NCBI RefSeq assembly: GCF_004010195.1 | Contig: NC_057717.1 | Span: 104,096,910 to 104,160,909, forward strand | DNA length: 64,000 nt | Direction: 5' to 3' | Source: Chiloscyllium plagiosum | Taxonomy: Eukaryota | In this document: piece after piece, positions 40,286 to 52,534 of the stretch | How positions within the stretch are numbered: the stretch's first letter is position 1 | Layout of the letters: each line of letters opens with the position of its first letter | Made by a program: the position numbers and the translations under genes | The notes under the pieces: generated by a model | Seen by the model: the letters and a program-made list of their open reading frames with translations, nothing else | Told to the model about the DNA's origin: nothing | Database searches by the model: none

Positions 40286-40516
40286 GCGCTTTGCGGTTGT
40301 ACGTTATCTATCCCGACACTGGATAAGAAAACCCACATGATGGCTTTCAAGGATGTTATTCAGCCAGGCTCGCAGAGAAGGATAGCATCCGAAGGACTGC
40401 CACTGCCAAAACAACCAGACCGCCGCGGCGATTTGGTGATCGAGTTCCATGTGCGATTTCCTGAAAACCTGTCAAACGCCACAAAGGAAAAGCTCAAGGA
40501 GCTACTGCCACTGTAA
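40286..40516 (+). CDS. dnajb1: DNAJB1 last coding exon (CTD-II/dimerisation)
   Basis: Not in the ORF track. Acceptor tttcAG ending at 40285; translates ALCGCTLSIPTLDKKTHMMAFKDVIQPGSQRRIASEGLPLPKQPDRRGDLVIEFHVRFPENLSNATKEKLKELLPL*. Joined CDS is 1014 nt = 337 aa. Confidence 0.95.
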   Translation, partial: ALCGCTLSIPTLDKKTHMMAFKDVIQPGSQRRIASEGLPLPKQPDRRGDLVIEFHVRFPENLSNATKEKLKELLPL

Positions 40517-40879
40517 CTGTGACAGAAACCTTGGAGCCCAGTGATTATGGGAATGGGGCAGACAAAGAAAGAAATAGTATTTTAGTGGACTACGGCTGGT
40601 AGCTTGTGGTCTTAAAGTAACAACCCTAACTTGAAAGATTTACTGTTGAGCGAGTTGCTTGATGGGCTTTTTTTTTTAAAAAAATCTATATTCAAGTCTT
40701 TACATAATTGAAAACTGGTCTACAAATTATACCTGCAGAAGACTGCATCACCAACTGTTCAATCCCATATGTTCTGTTCAGTGTAAATAATACATCCATT
40801 TGTAATCAAATAATATGCAGCATTAATAGTATTTGCCATTCTATTCAAATATTGACTGTCTGTAACTCTTTGTTAAAAC

Positions 40880-40885
40880 AATAAA
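40880..40885 (+). terminator. Polyadenylation signal of dnajb1
   Basis: AATAAA about 360 nt after the stop, with upstream TGTA motifs and a downstream U/GU-rich tract. Confidence 0.7.
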
Positions 40886-42024
40886 TCATTTTTCTTTTTA
40901 TCAAACAAACTTATTGATTTTTTTGTTTTAGTCCTGTTCCAACATTTTTAATCAAAAATATGTTTCCCTTTCAGGTAAGCAAAATGATGGACATTGTTTT
41001 ATTTTTAATTGCCCTTGATCTTTTTGCAGGCATCTTTTTTGAAGATATTTCCTAATCAACCTGTTCAGAGATGTTGTTATCACCTGTGGAGCAAGGTGGG
41101 ACTTGAATCCAGGTCTCCTGGCTGAGAGGTAGGCTCATTTACCACTATACCACAAGAGCCCAACAACTTTCCTGAACCACTGCACTCATTGTGGTGAACA
41201 TGCTTCCATAAGGCTTATTAAGAAGACAGTTTCAGTATTTTGACCCAATTACTAAAAGAACAACGTCCATCAAGCCAGGAAAGAATGTGACTTCCAGGGG
41301 ACAGTTTGAAGGTGATGCATCTGCTGTCCTTGCCTCTGAGGTGTTGGAGGACAAAGGTTTGGAAGGTGCTGTCCAAGGAGTGTTGACAAATTGCTACAAT
41401 GCATGTTGCAAATAGTACATGTCGGCACAAAGGAAAGAGTGGGATTGTTTAAGATTCTTCAGAGCTGTACCCATTCTAAGCAAATGGAGAATATTCCATC
41501 ACATTTCTCATTCCTGCTTTGCCAGTGGTGGACAGGTTTAAGAAGGGCAAGCAGTTATGCACTCATTGCAGATTAACTAGCTTCTCACCTATTACAAGAA
41601 AATGGTGATGTTGTGTCATTTTTTTAGAATGCAATGAATCTATGGTGTTTTACCTTTCTTCCTCAAATGAAGGGAAGAACTTGCTTTCTGTATTGCAGGA
41701 AGAGGTAGCTGTCCCACAATGATGGAGGGTGGAGTGAGAAAGTAGTTTGAGAATGATTGATTTATCTAGGTCAACTGCTTCAGTATCACCATGTGATCTT
41801 GCATATCCAACTGAGAATCTCACTACAGCTTTGGTTCTTTGTAGGAGTGACCAAGAAAGTTTAATGGATGGTGTCTTTGTCGCCTTCTGTAGGTATCAAT
41901 AATAAATGCAATGTCAGTGGAAGTAACTTCATTTCAAAAGCTCTTTTGCCAACCTCCACTGTTTGGGCTTGAAGTTGATTAACTGTTCAGGTGTACAAGT
42001 TCACCTGTCCACTATTGACAGAGC

Positions 42025-42530
42025 ACAAAGCCTGTCCATAATCTACAAGGCACAAATCAAGAGTTTGGTGTAATACTCCCCACTTGGCTGGATGGGTGCA
42101 GCTCCAACAACACTCTAGAAGCTTGACACCATCCAGGACTAAGCATCCAGCTTGTTTGGCACCACATTCACAAATATCCCCATTGCTTCCACCACCGACT
42201 GTCAGTAGCAGTAGTGTATACTATCCACAAGATCCTTAAGACAGCGCCTTAATTTCCAAATCCACAACCACTTTCTTCTAGAATGAAGAAAATACATGAA
42301 CACCACCACCTGCAAGTTCCCCTCCAAGCCACTCATTGTCTTGACTTGGAAATATATCGCTGTTCCTTCACTGTCGTTGGGTCAGAATCCTGGGATGGTA
42401 GGTCAACCTACAGCAGGTAGACTGCAGCAGTTTAAGAAGGCAGCTCACCATCACCACCTCAGGCAACTAGGGACAGGTAATAAATGCTGGCTAGCCAGTG
42501 ATGCCAATGTTCCACAAGTGAATAAACAAA
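42025..42530 (+). mobile_element. LINE (CR1/L2-group) 3' fragment; related minus-strand copies near 26950-27350, 41000-41420 and 43890-44270
   Basis: Decayed IYKAQIKS...YSPLGWMG RT C-terminal motif and shared tail CACCACCTGCAAGTTCCCCTCCAAGCCACTC. Confidence 0.65.
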
Positions 42531-42559
42531 TATCTGACACAAGTGGTGACAATTCATTC

Positions 42560-42910
42560 ATATAGCACAATGGTTAGCACTGTTAAGTGCCAGGGACCGG
42601 GTTTGATTCCTGCTTCGAGTGTCTGTCTGAATGGTGTTTGCACCTTTATCCCCAGTGTTTCTGACTAGCGCACTGGTTTCCTCCCATAATACAAAGTCAT
42701 CTCTATGATTCTCTATGTGCAGGTTGGGTGGATTGGCCATGGAAAATTGCCCTGTAGAATCCAGAGATGTACAGGCTAGATGGATTAGCCATGGGAAACG
42801 AAGATTATGGAATAGAGTGAGGGGCTGGATCTGGGTGGGATACTCTTTAGTGGTGATGTGTGGATTCGATGGGCCAAGTGGCCTCTTCCTGCGCTGTTGC
42901 AATTCCGTGA
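42560..42910 (+). mobile_element. tRNA-derived V-SINE, diverged
   Basis: SINE head, V-domain-like core and CR1-like tail. Confidence 0.72.
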
Positions 42911-45099
42911 TATACCAGTATCATTACAAGGAACAAGGGATTATGGCATGTATATGTGAATATAGTTAACGGTTTACTTGTTCCAATGTGTAAGAGAAAC
43001 TGCACATTTATTCTAAAGCACTTATCCTAATCTAACCCTCTGATCTACTTCATTGCAATTTATAAATTTAAGGCTAATCTGTGTTTTTAATCACAAAGTT
43101 TGAGCCTCTTTTTATTCTGTACTGTCTGCTGACTGTACCAGTGTTGGTCAACAGTGCATTATCAAGGATTAGCACAATACTTGGGACTGGTCTTTAAATT
43201 TGATGGATAACATTGCAGTGATACTCCCAGTGACCACAAACCAGCTTGATATGTGCTATCCTGTTCAAAGTGGCAAGAGTTGAATCTGTCAGGATTTTAA
43301 GTTTTGTCTGTAGATACTTGGGAACAGGAGCAAGTTAGAGAAAAATGGTCTCTACAAAGTGACACATGACCTATTGGGGACTTCCAATTTACGTAATTGG
43401 GAGAATTTGGATGGGGTAAACTTAATTTCGTAAGTACTCTCTCAAAAGTTTTAACAAAAAAATTAATTTTATCTACAGGCTAGTGCAAGATATGCAGGAA
43501 ACGTTGATAATGTCATGTATTATTGGTCTTTCTGAGATTGCTTGTACAGTATGGTGAGCAGGATTATAGTCATACTCCAAACACTTTAAAAGCGCTGGTA
43601 TTGTGACAAAGTGGGAAATGTCCCTGCCTCAGAGTCAGAAGTACCAGGTTTGAGTCTTGCCCCAGGTCTTGAGGAGGGGCAGTTAAATGGGCTGAGTATC
43701 AACCTGCAAATCTGATTGTGGGTGGTGGCAGGAGCAGTTCTTGATGATGAAAAGAGATTGGAGCCTTGACCATCACTATGCATGGTTCCAGAATACAACA
43801 TGCAGGTAAACATCGGCGTCGGTTCCGTTGCTGGACAGCCATTGTGGATCAGATCATTGTACAGCTGGAAGGTTCAATCCCCATTCTGCCTGGGCTGGGC
43901 TTGACCAGCGTTTATTGCCTGTCCTTAGTTACTGTTGAAGGTGGTGGTGAACTGTTGCAGTCTATGTGCTGTTGGTTGACCCACAATGCTGTTAGAGAGT
44001 TGCAGGATTTTGGGACTGAAAAAACAGTGACATTGTCCCAAGTCAGCACAATAAGTGGCTTGGAAGGGAACTTGCACGGAGTGGTGTTCCCATGTATCTG
44101 CTGCCCCTGTCCCTTCAGATGGAAATAGATATGAGTTTGGAAGGTGCTGTCAAGCAGGCTTGGAGAATTTCTGGAATGCAACTTGTAGCTGGTACACACT
44201 GAGTGTTGGTGGTAGAAACAGTGAATGAATGTGGATGTGGTGCCAGTCAAGTGGGCCGCATTTACATGGAGGTCACGGCGTTTATACGCCAGCCTTGCTT
44301 TCAGCCAGCAAACTTGAAGAAGCTGAGCATAACCATTCTGCTAAAAGAAATATTTTCAAAACACTACTAAACTATTGGAAAGTGTTACTATTCTCGGAAT
44401 ATTGAGGAGAATGAGTGACTTTACAATTACCCAAACCTTTTTTTTTAAAAAAAAAAGCTGTCCCTCCTTCAGGACTGAAGCTGAGACATACAGAAAATGG
44501 GAAGAGGCTAAGGAAAGTATACCAACAAGAGAAGGGTGGATACTATAGTTTGACAGAGGTTTGTAATCTACAACACAGAGGTAATTCAGCCCACAGGCTT
44601 TGCTCTATTTAGTTCCACGCAAAGCTGCTTTTTCACTCAATTCTTCAATTTTCCTTTTGAAAATTTCTATTGAATCTGCTTTCACCATCCCTTCAGAGAG
44701 TGTAAGGTATTTTCCAGGACTGGACTGGACTGGACTTGACGATGACAGAGGTTTTGTTGTGTTGGCAGTGCTACTTGTTTTAAATTGGCAGAACCAGCAG
44801 CCTGGCATTTTTACAACCAACGCCCAGTGAAGCTTGCCTGTTCATGCAATATGATGACAGAGCTAATGCAGTGCCTTTGTGTTGCATTGAATGCAGACCA
44901 TAGGAACAGGCCATTCAATCTAACTGGTTCCATACTATTGTTACACATGAACGTCTTCCCATTCTGTCTCAAGCCAACAGCATATCCTCCAAATCCTTGA
45001 ATATGTAAAGGGAATCCATGGTAAAGACAAAGCGGCTGGAGCCCACAAATAGGAAATTCTGAAACTGCCGTAAAGTGTCAGAGGAATTGCGGACAGAAG

Positions 45100-45720
45100 G
45101 CGTTGGGTATACTTTCCTTTATCGATCAGGGTATTGAGCACAGGAGTTGGGAGGTTATGTTGCGGCTGTACAGGACATCGGTTCGGCCACTGTTGGAATA
45201 TTGCGTGCAATTCTGGTCTCCTTCCTATAGGAAGGATGTTGTGAAACTTGAAAGGGTTCAGAAAAGATTTACAAGGATGTTGCCAGGGTTGGAGGATTTG
45301 AGGTATAGGGAATGATTGAATTGGCTAGGGCTGTTTTCTCTGGAGTGTGGGAGGCCGAGGGGTGACCAAATAGAGGTTTTATAAAATCATGAGCATGGAT
45401 AGGGTAAATAGACACAGTCTTTTCCCTGGGGTGGGCAAGTCCAGAACTAGAGGGCACAGGTTTAGGGTGAGGGGAAAAGATATTAAAGAGACCTAAGGGA
45501 CAACCTTTTCACGTAGAGGAATGAGCTGCCAGAGGATGTGGTGGAGGCTGGTACATTTGCAATTTTTAAAAGGCATCTGGATGGGTATATGAATAGGAAG
45601 GGTTTGGAGGGATATGGGCCGGGTGCTGGCAGGTGGGACTACATTGGGTTGGGATGTCTGGTTAGCATGGATGAGTTGGACTGAAGTGTCTGTTTCCGTG
45701 TTGTACATCTCTCTGACTCT
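45100..45720 (+). mobile_element. CR1 LINE 3' fragment
   Basis: LRLYRTSVRPLLEYCVQFWSPSYRKDVVKLERVQKRFTRMLPGL. Confidence 0.9.
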
Positions 45721-45859
45721 AAGTGGGCAGGGACTGGATAAGGGGAGAAAGACCATGTCAAGGTAGGAAGAGTTCTGTATGATAGAAGCAAGCAGAAACA
45801 ATTGATCAGCCCAGACTGTCCTGTTTGTGGAACATCCATCATTCGGGTTCTGATGCAGC

Positions 45860-46490
45860 TGTACGTCATGTCAGTTAGGCCACAGCTGGAATACTATGTG
45901 CTGTTCTGGTTGCCACACTATAAGGAGTACATGATGGCACTGGAGAGGGTGTAGGAGATGATTGGATGTTATGGGTTGGAATGATTCAGCTATGAAGAGA
46001 GACTAGATAGATTGATAGATAGATAGATTATGGTTATTTTCCTGAGAGTAGAGAAGGCTGAGGAGAGGGTGACTTGATTTGAGATGTACAAAGTTTGAGG
46101 AGCGATCAATAACCAGGGGGCACAGTTTTAAGGTCAGGAACAGGGTGTTTTAAGAGGAGATTGGAGGAAAATATCTTTTCACCCAGAGGGTGGTGGGTAT
46201 CTGGAATTCACTGCCTGTAAGGGTGGTGGAGACAAAAAGACCTGCAGATGCTGGAATCCAAGGTGGACAAGCAGAAGGCTGGGAGAACACAGCAAGCCAG
46301 GCAGCATCAGGAGGTGAAGTTTGGTAAGTTGGTAGAGGCAGGATACCTCAAGACATTTAAGTAGTATTTAGATGAGCACTTGAAATGCCACAGCGTGTGC
46401 TGGGAATTGGGATTAGAATAGACAGTTGCTGGATGAGTAGCACACGTGATGGGTCAAAGGGCCTCTTGCCATGCTGTAATGACACTATAA
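45860..46490 (+). mobile_element. Older CR1 fragment with a nested PLE terminal-repeat fragment (~46232-46315)
   Basis: Decayed VRPQLEYYVLFW motif; inserted CTGCAGATGCTGGAATCC...GGCAGCATC. Confidence 0.65.
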
Positions 46491-47559
46491 CCCACAAAAA
46501 TGTAGTTGACTCAGCTTGCTCAACCATTTCAGACAACACGTACGTTGTTCAGAAGCAATTCAGACAGTCAGTGAGTCTTGGCCTTGCCAGTGACCCTACA
46601 TACCATAAGAAGAAGAAAAAATGTCATCCATGTTCTTACTGGGTGAAGAGGTTTCTCTTGAATTTCTGAATGAATTAATTAGTGGCAATCTTATGTCCTT
46701 TTTATCCTTCGCTTTGAGACAACACTGAGCTCAGTAGTGCTATTCAGAGTAGCCCCTCTGCTTCTCAATTATGTAGAAGCAGCACTCTCTGGAGAGTTTT
46801 AATTTTAAAAGCATTTTGAGAAAGAAAGGAATTGGCGTGGCAATAATCTCTTGTTGACTCACAGGAACTGTGTGTTAGCATAAGGGAGTGGTGCGATGAT
46901 GGCAGAGAATATGAAGATGCGCTACTGTGGTTATAAAGTGACTCTAGCTTTGCAGTAAATTGAACCCTTTTACAAAAAGTAATGACTGACCTCCCAGTAG
47001 AAGTCATTAATGTTGATGGTCTGTTACTGTTCACTCAGTGTCTGAGTTGCTCTGGTAGCATGCATTTTACATGCTGTCTGGAGCTACAGATGAAGGTCCA
47101 ACTTTCTCTTCATCTCGCAATTAACCAGGAACCTGTCTGGCTCTTCCTTCATTATTCACATTATGAATGCGCCTTTCCCGGTCATCCAAGTCCCAGACTG
47201 GCAATCAAACCTGGAGCTTCTCATTCAGGGACAGAGACACTACCCAATGCACCACCAGATGTTAATTTTATGTTGATGGACCACTGTGCAGAAAGCCAGC
47301 TTTATGAGAATAGTCGTTGCTCCAGTACTTTCACTGGAATTAATGTGTCTTGGAGTCGATGGAATGTAATTTTCTGGAAAGTGACAAATGACTTACCCAG
47401 ATATTAGGCATATAGACTAAAAACAAAAAATGCTGGAAATCACAGTAGGTCAGGCAGCATCTGTGAAGAGAGGGCAAGCTCATGTTTCAAGTCTAGATAT
47501 TGGGCATCCAGCTTTTGTTGTGAAACTTGGAGTTCCAAAAAAATTTACAAGGATGTTTT

Positions 47560-47835
47560 GAGGGTTAGGGAGTCCAAAACTAGAGGGATTAGGTTTAAGG
47601 TGAGACGGGAAAGATTTAAAAGGGACCAGAGAGGCAACTTTTTCATGCAGAGGGTGGTGTGTGTATGGAATGCGCTGCCAGAGGAAGTGGTGGAGGCTGG
47701 TACAATTGCAACATTTAAAAGATGTCTGGATGGGTATATGAATAGGAAGGGTTTAGTGGGATATGAGCCAGGTGCTGGCAAATGGGGCTACATTAATTTG
47801 GGATATCTGGTTTGCTTCCATGCTGGAGAGCTGTA
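47560..47835 (+). mobile_element. CR1 LINE 3' fragment
   Basis: RGNFFMQRVVCVWNALPEEVVEAGTIATFKRCLDGYM. Confidence 0.85.
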
Positions 47836-48299
47836 TGATGTACATTGCTACTCCAAAGTGTGGTGGACGCTGGGACGGTAAGTTAGATGGATTTAGTAGG
47901 TTAAAGGGTCATGATCAAATGGCAGAATAGACTCGATGGGCTGAATGGCGTAATTCTGCTTTACATCTTTTGACATATGACCCAAGGGATCGGATCCATT
48001 GCTTTGGTAATGACCATTCTCCTTGCATTGGAAGAGGAACATATAACTTGCATTTATATACAGCCTTTCTTAACCCATGATCCTTTACAGAAACAGAACT
48101 TTTATAACAGAGAGAAGGGCCCTTCCCTTCTGCCCATTGTATACGTGCCAGTCATCTATTCTAATCTCTCTTTCCATCACTTGGCCTTTCAAGTGTTCAC
48201 CAAAATACTAGACAGATGTCTTGGGAGTTCTTTTTCCCCCCCCGACCCAGTCCTTCTCTCTCTCTCTACAACCCTTTTCCCTGGGGCTGACCCAGAATA

Positions 48300-48629
48300 T
48301 TAGCGTTTAAATTATGTATGCACCTTATTTGCAAATCCAAGCCTGATTGGTCGGGTCGGCTAATTAATTATTAATATTTGTTTAATATGCATAATCTGCA
48401 TATCGCGATCTGGTTAGTCAAAGGCGACAGCTACCGGCTTCCTAGTGGTCGACGGCCTTATTAAATATTAATAGGCGGGCTGCACCGCTTGCTGACTGGC
48501 TGGCACCGCTGTCAATCACAGCTCTCGGAGCTCGGGTTCCGTCCCCTGGGCGGCCGTTGCCCTGACAGGAGCCCGCGAGCTCCGCGGGAGCCGGGCCAGT
48601 GCTGATCCGAGCCGAGCCGAGCCGGGGCC
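48300..48629 (+). promoter_or_regulatory. gipc1: GIPC1 CpG-island promoter / 5' UTR
   Basis: Reverse CCAAT (ATTGG ~48346), CGCG-element-like TATCGCGATC at 48401-48410, AT-rich TATA-like stretch ~48459-48472, GC box, then CpG-dense sequence running into a Kozak GCCATG. Confidence 0.65.
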
Positions 48630-48896
48630 ATGCCGCTGGGTCGCTGGAAGAAGGCTGCTCCCTTGGTGGGAAACAACGAGGCGGATGCCGAGAGCCAGCA
48701 GCTGGAGCCGGAGGCGGCGGGCGGGGAGTCGGGGCCGGCGTCCTCCAGTTGCTCCTCGGGCCCCCCGCTGCGGCCGCGCCTGGTCTTCCACACGCAGCTC
48801 GCGCACGGCAGCGCCACCGGCCGCGTGGAGGGGTTCACCAACGTCCGTGAGCTCTACAGCAAACTGGGGGAGGCGTTCAACATGGAGCCCGCGCAG
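48630..48896 (+). CDS. gipc1: GIPC1 PDZ adaptor, coding exon 1 (GH1 domain start)
   Basis: [18 protein letters not shown]...[43 protein letters not shown] matches GIPC1 (MPLGLGRRKKAPPLVENEEA...[25 protein letters not shown]). Donor CAG|GTCAGT at 48897; phase 0. Confidence 0.92.
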
Positions 48897-51080
48897 GTCA
48901 GTGAGGGGTCAACATGGGGCCCGCGCAGGTCAGTGAGGGGTCAACACGGGGCCCGCGCAGGTCAGTGAGGGGTCAACACGGGGCCCGCGCAGGTCAGTGA
49001 GGGGTCAACACGGAGCCCGCGCAGGTCAGTGAGGGGGCAACATGGGGCCCGCGCAGGTCAGTGAGGGGTCAACACGGAGCCCGCGCAGGTCAGTGAGGGG
49101 TCAACATGGGGCCCGCACAGGTCAGTGAGGGGGCAACGTGGCACCCGAGCAGGTCAGTGAGGGGTCAACATGGAGCCCGAGCAGGTCAGTGAGAGGTCAA
49201 CATGGAGCCCGCGCAGGTCAGTGAGGGGGCAACATGGAGCCCGCGCAGGTCAGTGAGGGGTCAACATGGGGCCCGCTCAGGTCAGTGAGGGGGCAACATG
49301 GGGCCCGCTCAGGTCAGTGAGGGGGCGAGGGGTCCACATGGGGCCCGCGCGGGTCAGTGAGGGGTCCACATGGGGCCCGCGCGGGTCAGTGAGGGGTCCA
49401 CATGGGGCCCGCGCGGGTCAGTGAGGGGTCCACATGGGGCCCGCGCAGGTCAGTGAGGGAGAGGGGTCAACATGGAGCCCGCACAGGTCAGTGAGGGGTC
49501 AACATGGGGCCCGCACAGGTCAGTGGGGAGGGGCGGGGTCAACATGGAGCCTGCACAGGTCAATGAGGGCGCGGAGGGGTCAACATGGAGCACGCGCAGG
49601 TCAGTGAGGGGTCAACATGGGGCCCACGCAGGTCAGTGAGGGAGTGGTAAACAGGGAGCCCGCGCAGGTCAGTGAGCGGGTGAGGGGTCAACGTAGAGCC
49701 CGCGCAGGTCAGTGAGGGGTCAACATGGAGCCCGCGCAGGTCAGTGAGGGGGAGGGGTCAACTTGGGGCCCGCGCAGGTCAGTGAACGCGGGAGGGGTCA
49801 ACATGGGGACCGCGCAGGTCAGTGAGGGGGGGAGGGGTCAACATGGGGCCTAGGCAGGTCAGTGAGAGGTCAACATAAGGCCCGTGCAGGTGTCAACATG
49901 GGGCCCACGCAGCTCAGTGAGGGGTCAACATGTGGCCCGCGCAGGTCAATGAGGGGTCAACATGTGGCCCGCGCAGGTCAGTGAGGGGTCAACATGGAAT
50001 CCACGCAGCTCAGTGAGGGGTCAACATGGGGCCCGCGCAGGTCAGTGAGGGGACAACATGGGGCCCATGCAGGTCAGTGAGGGGTCAACATGGGTCCCGC
50101 GCAGGTCAGTGAGGGGTCAACATGGGGCCCCACGCAGGTCAGTGGGAAGGGGTCAATATGGGGCCCATGCAGGTCAGTGATGCGGGGTCAACATGGGGCC
50201 CGCACAGGTCAGTGATGCGGGGTCAACATGGGGCCCGCGCAGGTCAGTGGGAAGGGGTCAATATGGGACAAACGCAGGTCAGTGGGAAGGGGTCAACATG
50301 GGGCCCGCGCAGGTCCGTGGGAAGGGGTCAACCTGGGGCCTGTGCAGCTCAGTGGGAAGGGGTCAACCTGGGGCCTGTGCAGGTCTGTGAGGCGGGGTCA
50401 ACATGGAGTCCGCGCAGGTCAGTGGGAAGGGGTCAACATGGAGCCCGTGCAGGTCTGTGAGGCGGGGTCAACATGGGGCCCGCGCAGGTCAGTGGGAAGG
50501 GGTCAACATGGAGTCCCCGCAGGTCAGTGGGAATGGGGCAACGTGGAGTCCGCGCAGGTCAGTGGGAAGGGGTCAACATGGAGTCCACGCAGGTCAGTGA
50601 GGAGGGGGCAACGTGGAGCCCGCGCAGGTCAGTGGGAAGGGGTCAACATGGAGCCCGCGCAGGTCAGTGGGAAGGGGTCAACATGGATCCCGCGCAGGTC
50701 AGTGGGAAGGGGTCAACATGGAGCCCGCGCAGGTCAGTGGGAAGGGGTCAACATGGATCCCGCGCAGGTTAGTGGGAAGGGGTCAACATGGAGTCCGTGC
50801 AGGTAAGGGGGAGGGGTCAACATGTGGCCCGCGCAGGTCAGTGGGAAGGGGTCAACATGGATCCCGCGCAGGTCAGTGGGAAGGGGTCAACATGGAGCCC
50901 GCGCAGGTCAGTGGGAAGGGGTCAACATGGATCCCGCGCAGGTTAGTGGGAAGGGGTCAACATGGAGTCCGTGCAGGTCAGGGGGAGGGGTCAACATGTG
51001 GCCCGCGCAGGTCAGGGGTAGGGGTCAGTATGAATCCCACACAGGTCATGGCAGGGTGAAAGGGGTGAACATGGATCCCG
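48877..51080 (+). repeat. GC-rich minisatellite (32-bp then 35-bp units, roughly 60 copies) derived from the GIPC1 exon1/intron1 junction
   Basis: Unit TCAACATGGAGCCCGCGCAG|GTCAGTGAGGGG = last 20 nt of the exon plus the first 12 nt of the intron. Distal units read ...GTCAGTGGGAAGGGG... Confidence 0.95.
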
Positions 51081-51520
51081 CCCAGTCAAGGGGAGGGGGG
51101 CGGAGTGAGGAGAGTGGGAGAAGAGGATGAAGGAAGGTTAGAGGGAGGATGAGGGCGAGGCATTCACTATTGAGTCGGCCAAGGTCAGGGAGGGAAAGGG
51201 GAGATAGGGAGGTAGTGTGTGGGAAAGGGGTGAGGTGGAAGGGGAGGGGAAGGCGGAATGGGTAGGGAGGATAAGGAATAGGGCTTCAACATCGAGCTGG
51301 CCCATGTCAGGGGAAGAAGGGAGGGATGAGCAGAGAAGTGTTGGGGGGGGGCGGGGGGCAAGGAGGAAGGGAAGGGTTGGAGAAAGGGCAGTGGAGGGAA
51401 GGGATTGGGTGGGAAGGACAAGTGGGGAGAAAGCATGGGAATGGATGAAGAGGGGGTACGTGGAGAGTGTGAGTGTGAGCAGAGGGAGAGGAGGTGGAGG
51501 AATGAGGGTGAGAATGTGAA
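51081..51520 (+). repeat. Purine-rich (GGA/GGGA) low-complexity tract after the minisatellite
   Basis: Strong G/A strand bias. Confidence 0.75.
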
Positions 51521-52389
51521 ACTGAGGAAATCTGGGGTTGTGTTGTTGAATGTGTGGAAGGAAAGGAAGGCAGTGGAAGATTTGATCCTTGTTGATGGCC
51601 TTGTAGGTCAACCAACTGTTTGAGGAATGGACACTGTCCGAGAGAGACATGTTCTGCACCCTGGTGAGACAGGGAAGAGCAGCAGAAACACATGTGGGAA
51701 TCATCAGCCTGGGGAAGAACTAGAGTGCACAGGGTGACCTTGGGATCTAGGAAAGGCAACCTTTGGGGATGAACAGGGATGGTACCTGGAGGGATGGTAT
51801 GGTGAGAAGTCTTGTGTTATAAAGACCGGCGTTGACTTGTTGCAGTGAATGGTCTGTTTCTGTACTATATTTGACATCAGCATTAATGTCTGGCACTGTA
51901 CTGTTGTTTTGTTCCTGTGTTTCCTGCAGTTGTGGCATCTTAATTCCTTTCTTTAAAAAAACCATTAATAATCCTGGATTGAACAAAGTCCATGCATTGC
52001 TGCATCAATGTAATGTTATTGGTAATCTGTGGCGTATGGTTGGAAAACTATAGGAAGACTGAGGATTTTGAGGACTTGCCATGCTAAAGTTCAACTCTGG
52101 GAAGAGGAGTTATTCTGTGACAGTGTCAGTGAACCATATTTCAGTACAGGGAAGACAAAAGGAAACCTTTTTGAGACAACATATTGCAAGCTTGTCATGA
52201 GGGGGAAATAACATGAGAAATAGGCCACATGTCCCTGCAAACTATTCAACAAACTTGTAATTGATCCACAACCAGTGGGTTATAGTTTAACAATATGGGT
52301 TAAGCCATTTATGTGTAGAAATTTCTTCACTGGAAAGTGGTGAGCCTGTGGAATTATCTGCCAGAGAACAGTTGAGGCCACAACATTTA

Positions 52390-52534
52390 CAGGGCAACCT
52401 CGATTATCTGAATGATGCAGGAGGCCAGTATTTTGTTTGGATAATAGAGTGATTGGATAACACAGTTTAGCAAAGCATCAGGACCTTGAGATCTTGTTTG
52501 GATCTTTGACGTTTGGATAATCGAGGTTGTCTTG
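52390..52534. mobile_element. Small Tc1/mariner-pogo (Tigger-like) MITE inserted in a CR1 remnant
   Basis: Imperfect TIRs taCAGGGCAACCTCGATTATCTGAA ... TTTGGATAATCGAGGTTGTCTTG. Confidence 0.6.

Noticed and set aside
33955..40516. Assignment as DNAJB4 or DNAJB5
   Set aside because: The G/F-region motif FAEFFGGRNPFD-FFGQRNGEE and adjacency to a GIPC1-type N-terminus favour DNAJB1; a phylogeny would be needed to exclude the others fully.
48877..51080. Resemblance to a CRISPR array
   Set aside because: Head-to-tail tandem units with no unique spacers, vertebrate context, no cas genes.
50122..51130. Several long repetitive ORFs (up to 192 aa)
   Set aside because: Translations of the 35-bp minisatellite units that have lost their TGA; intronic.
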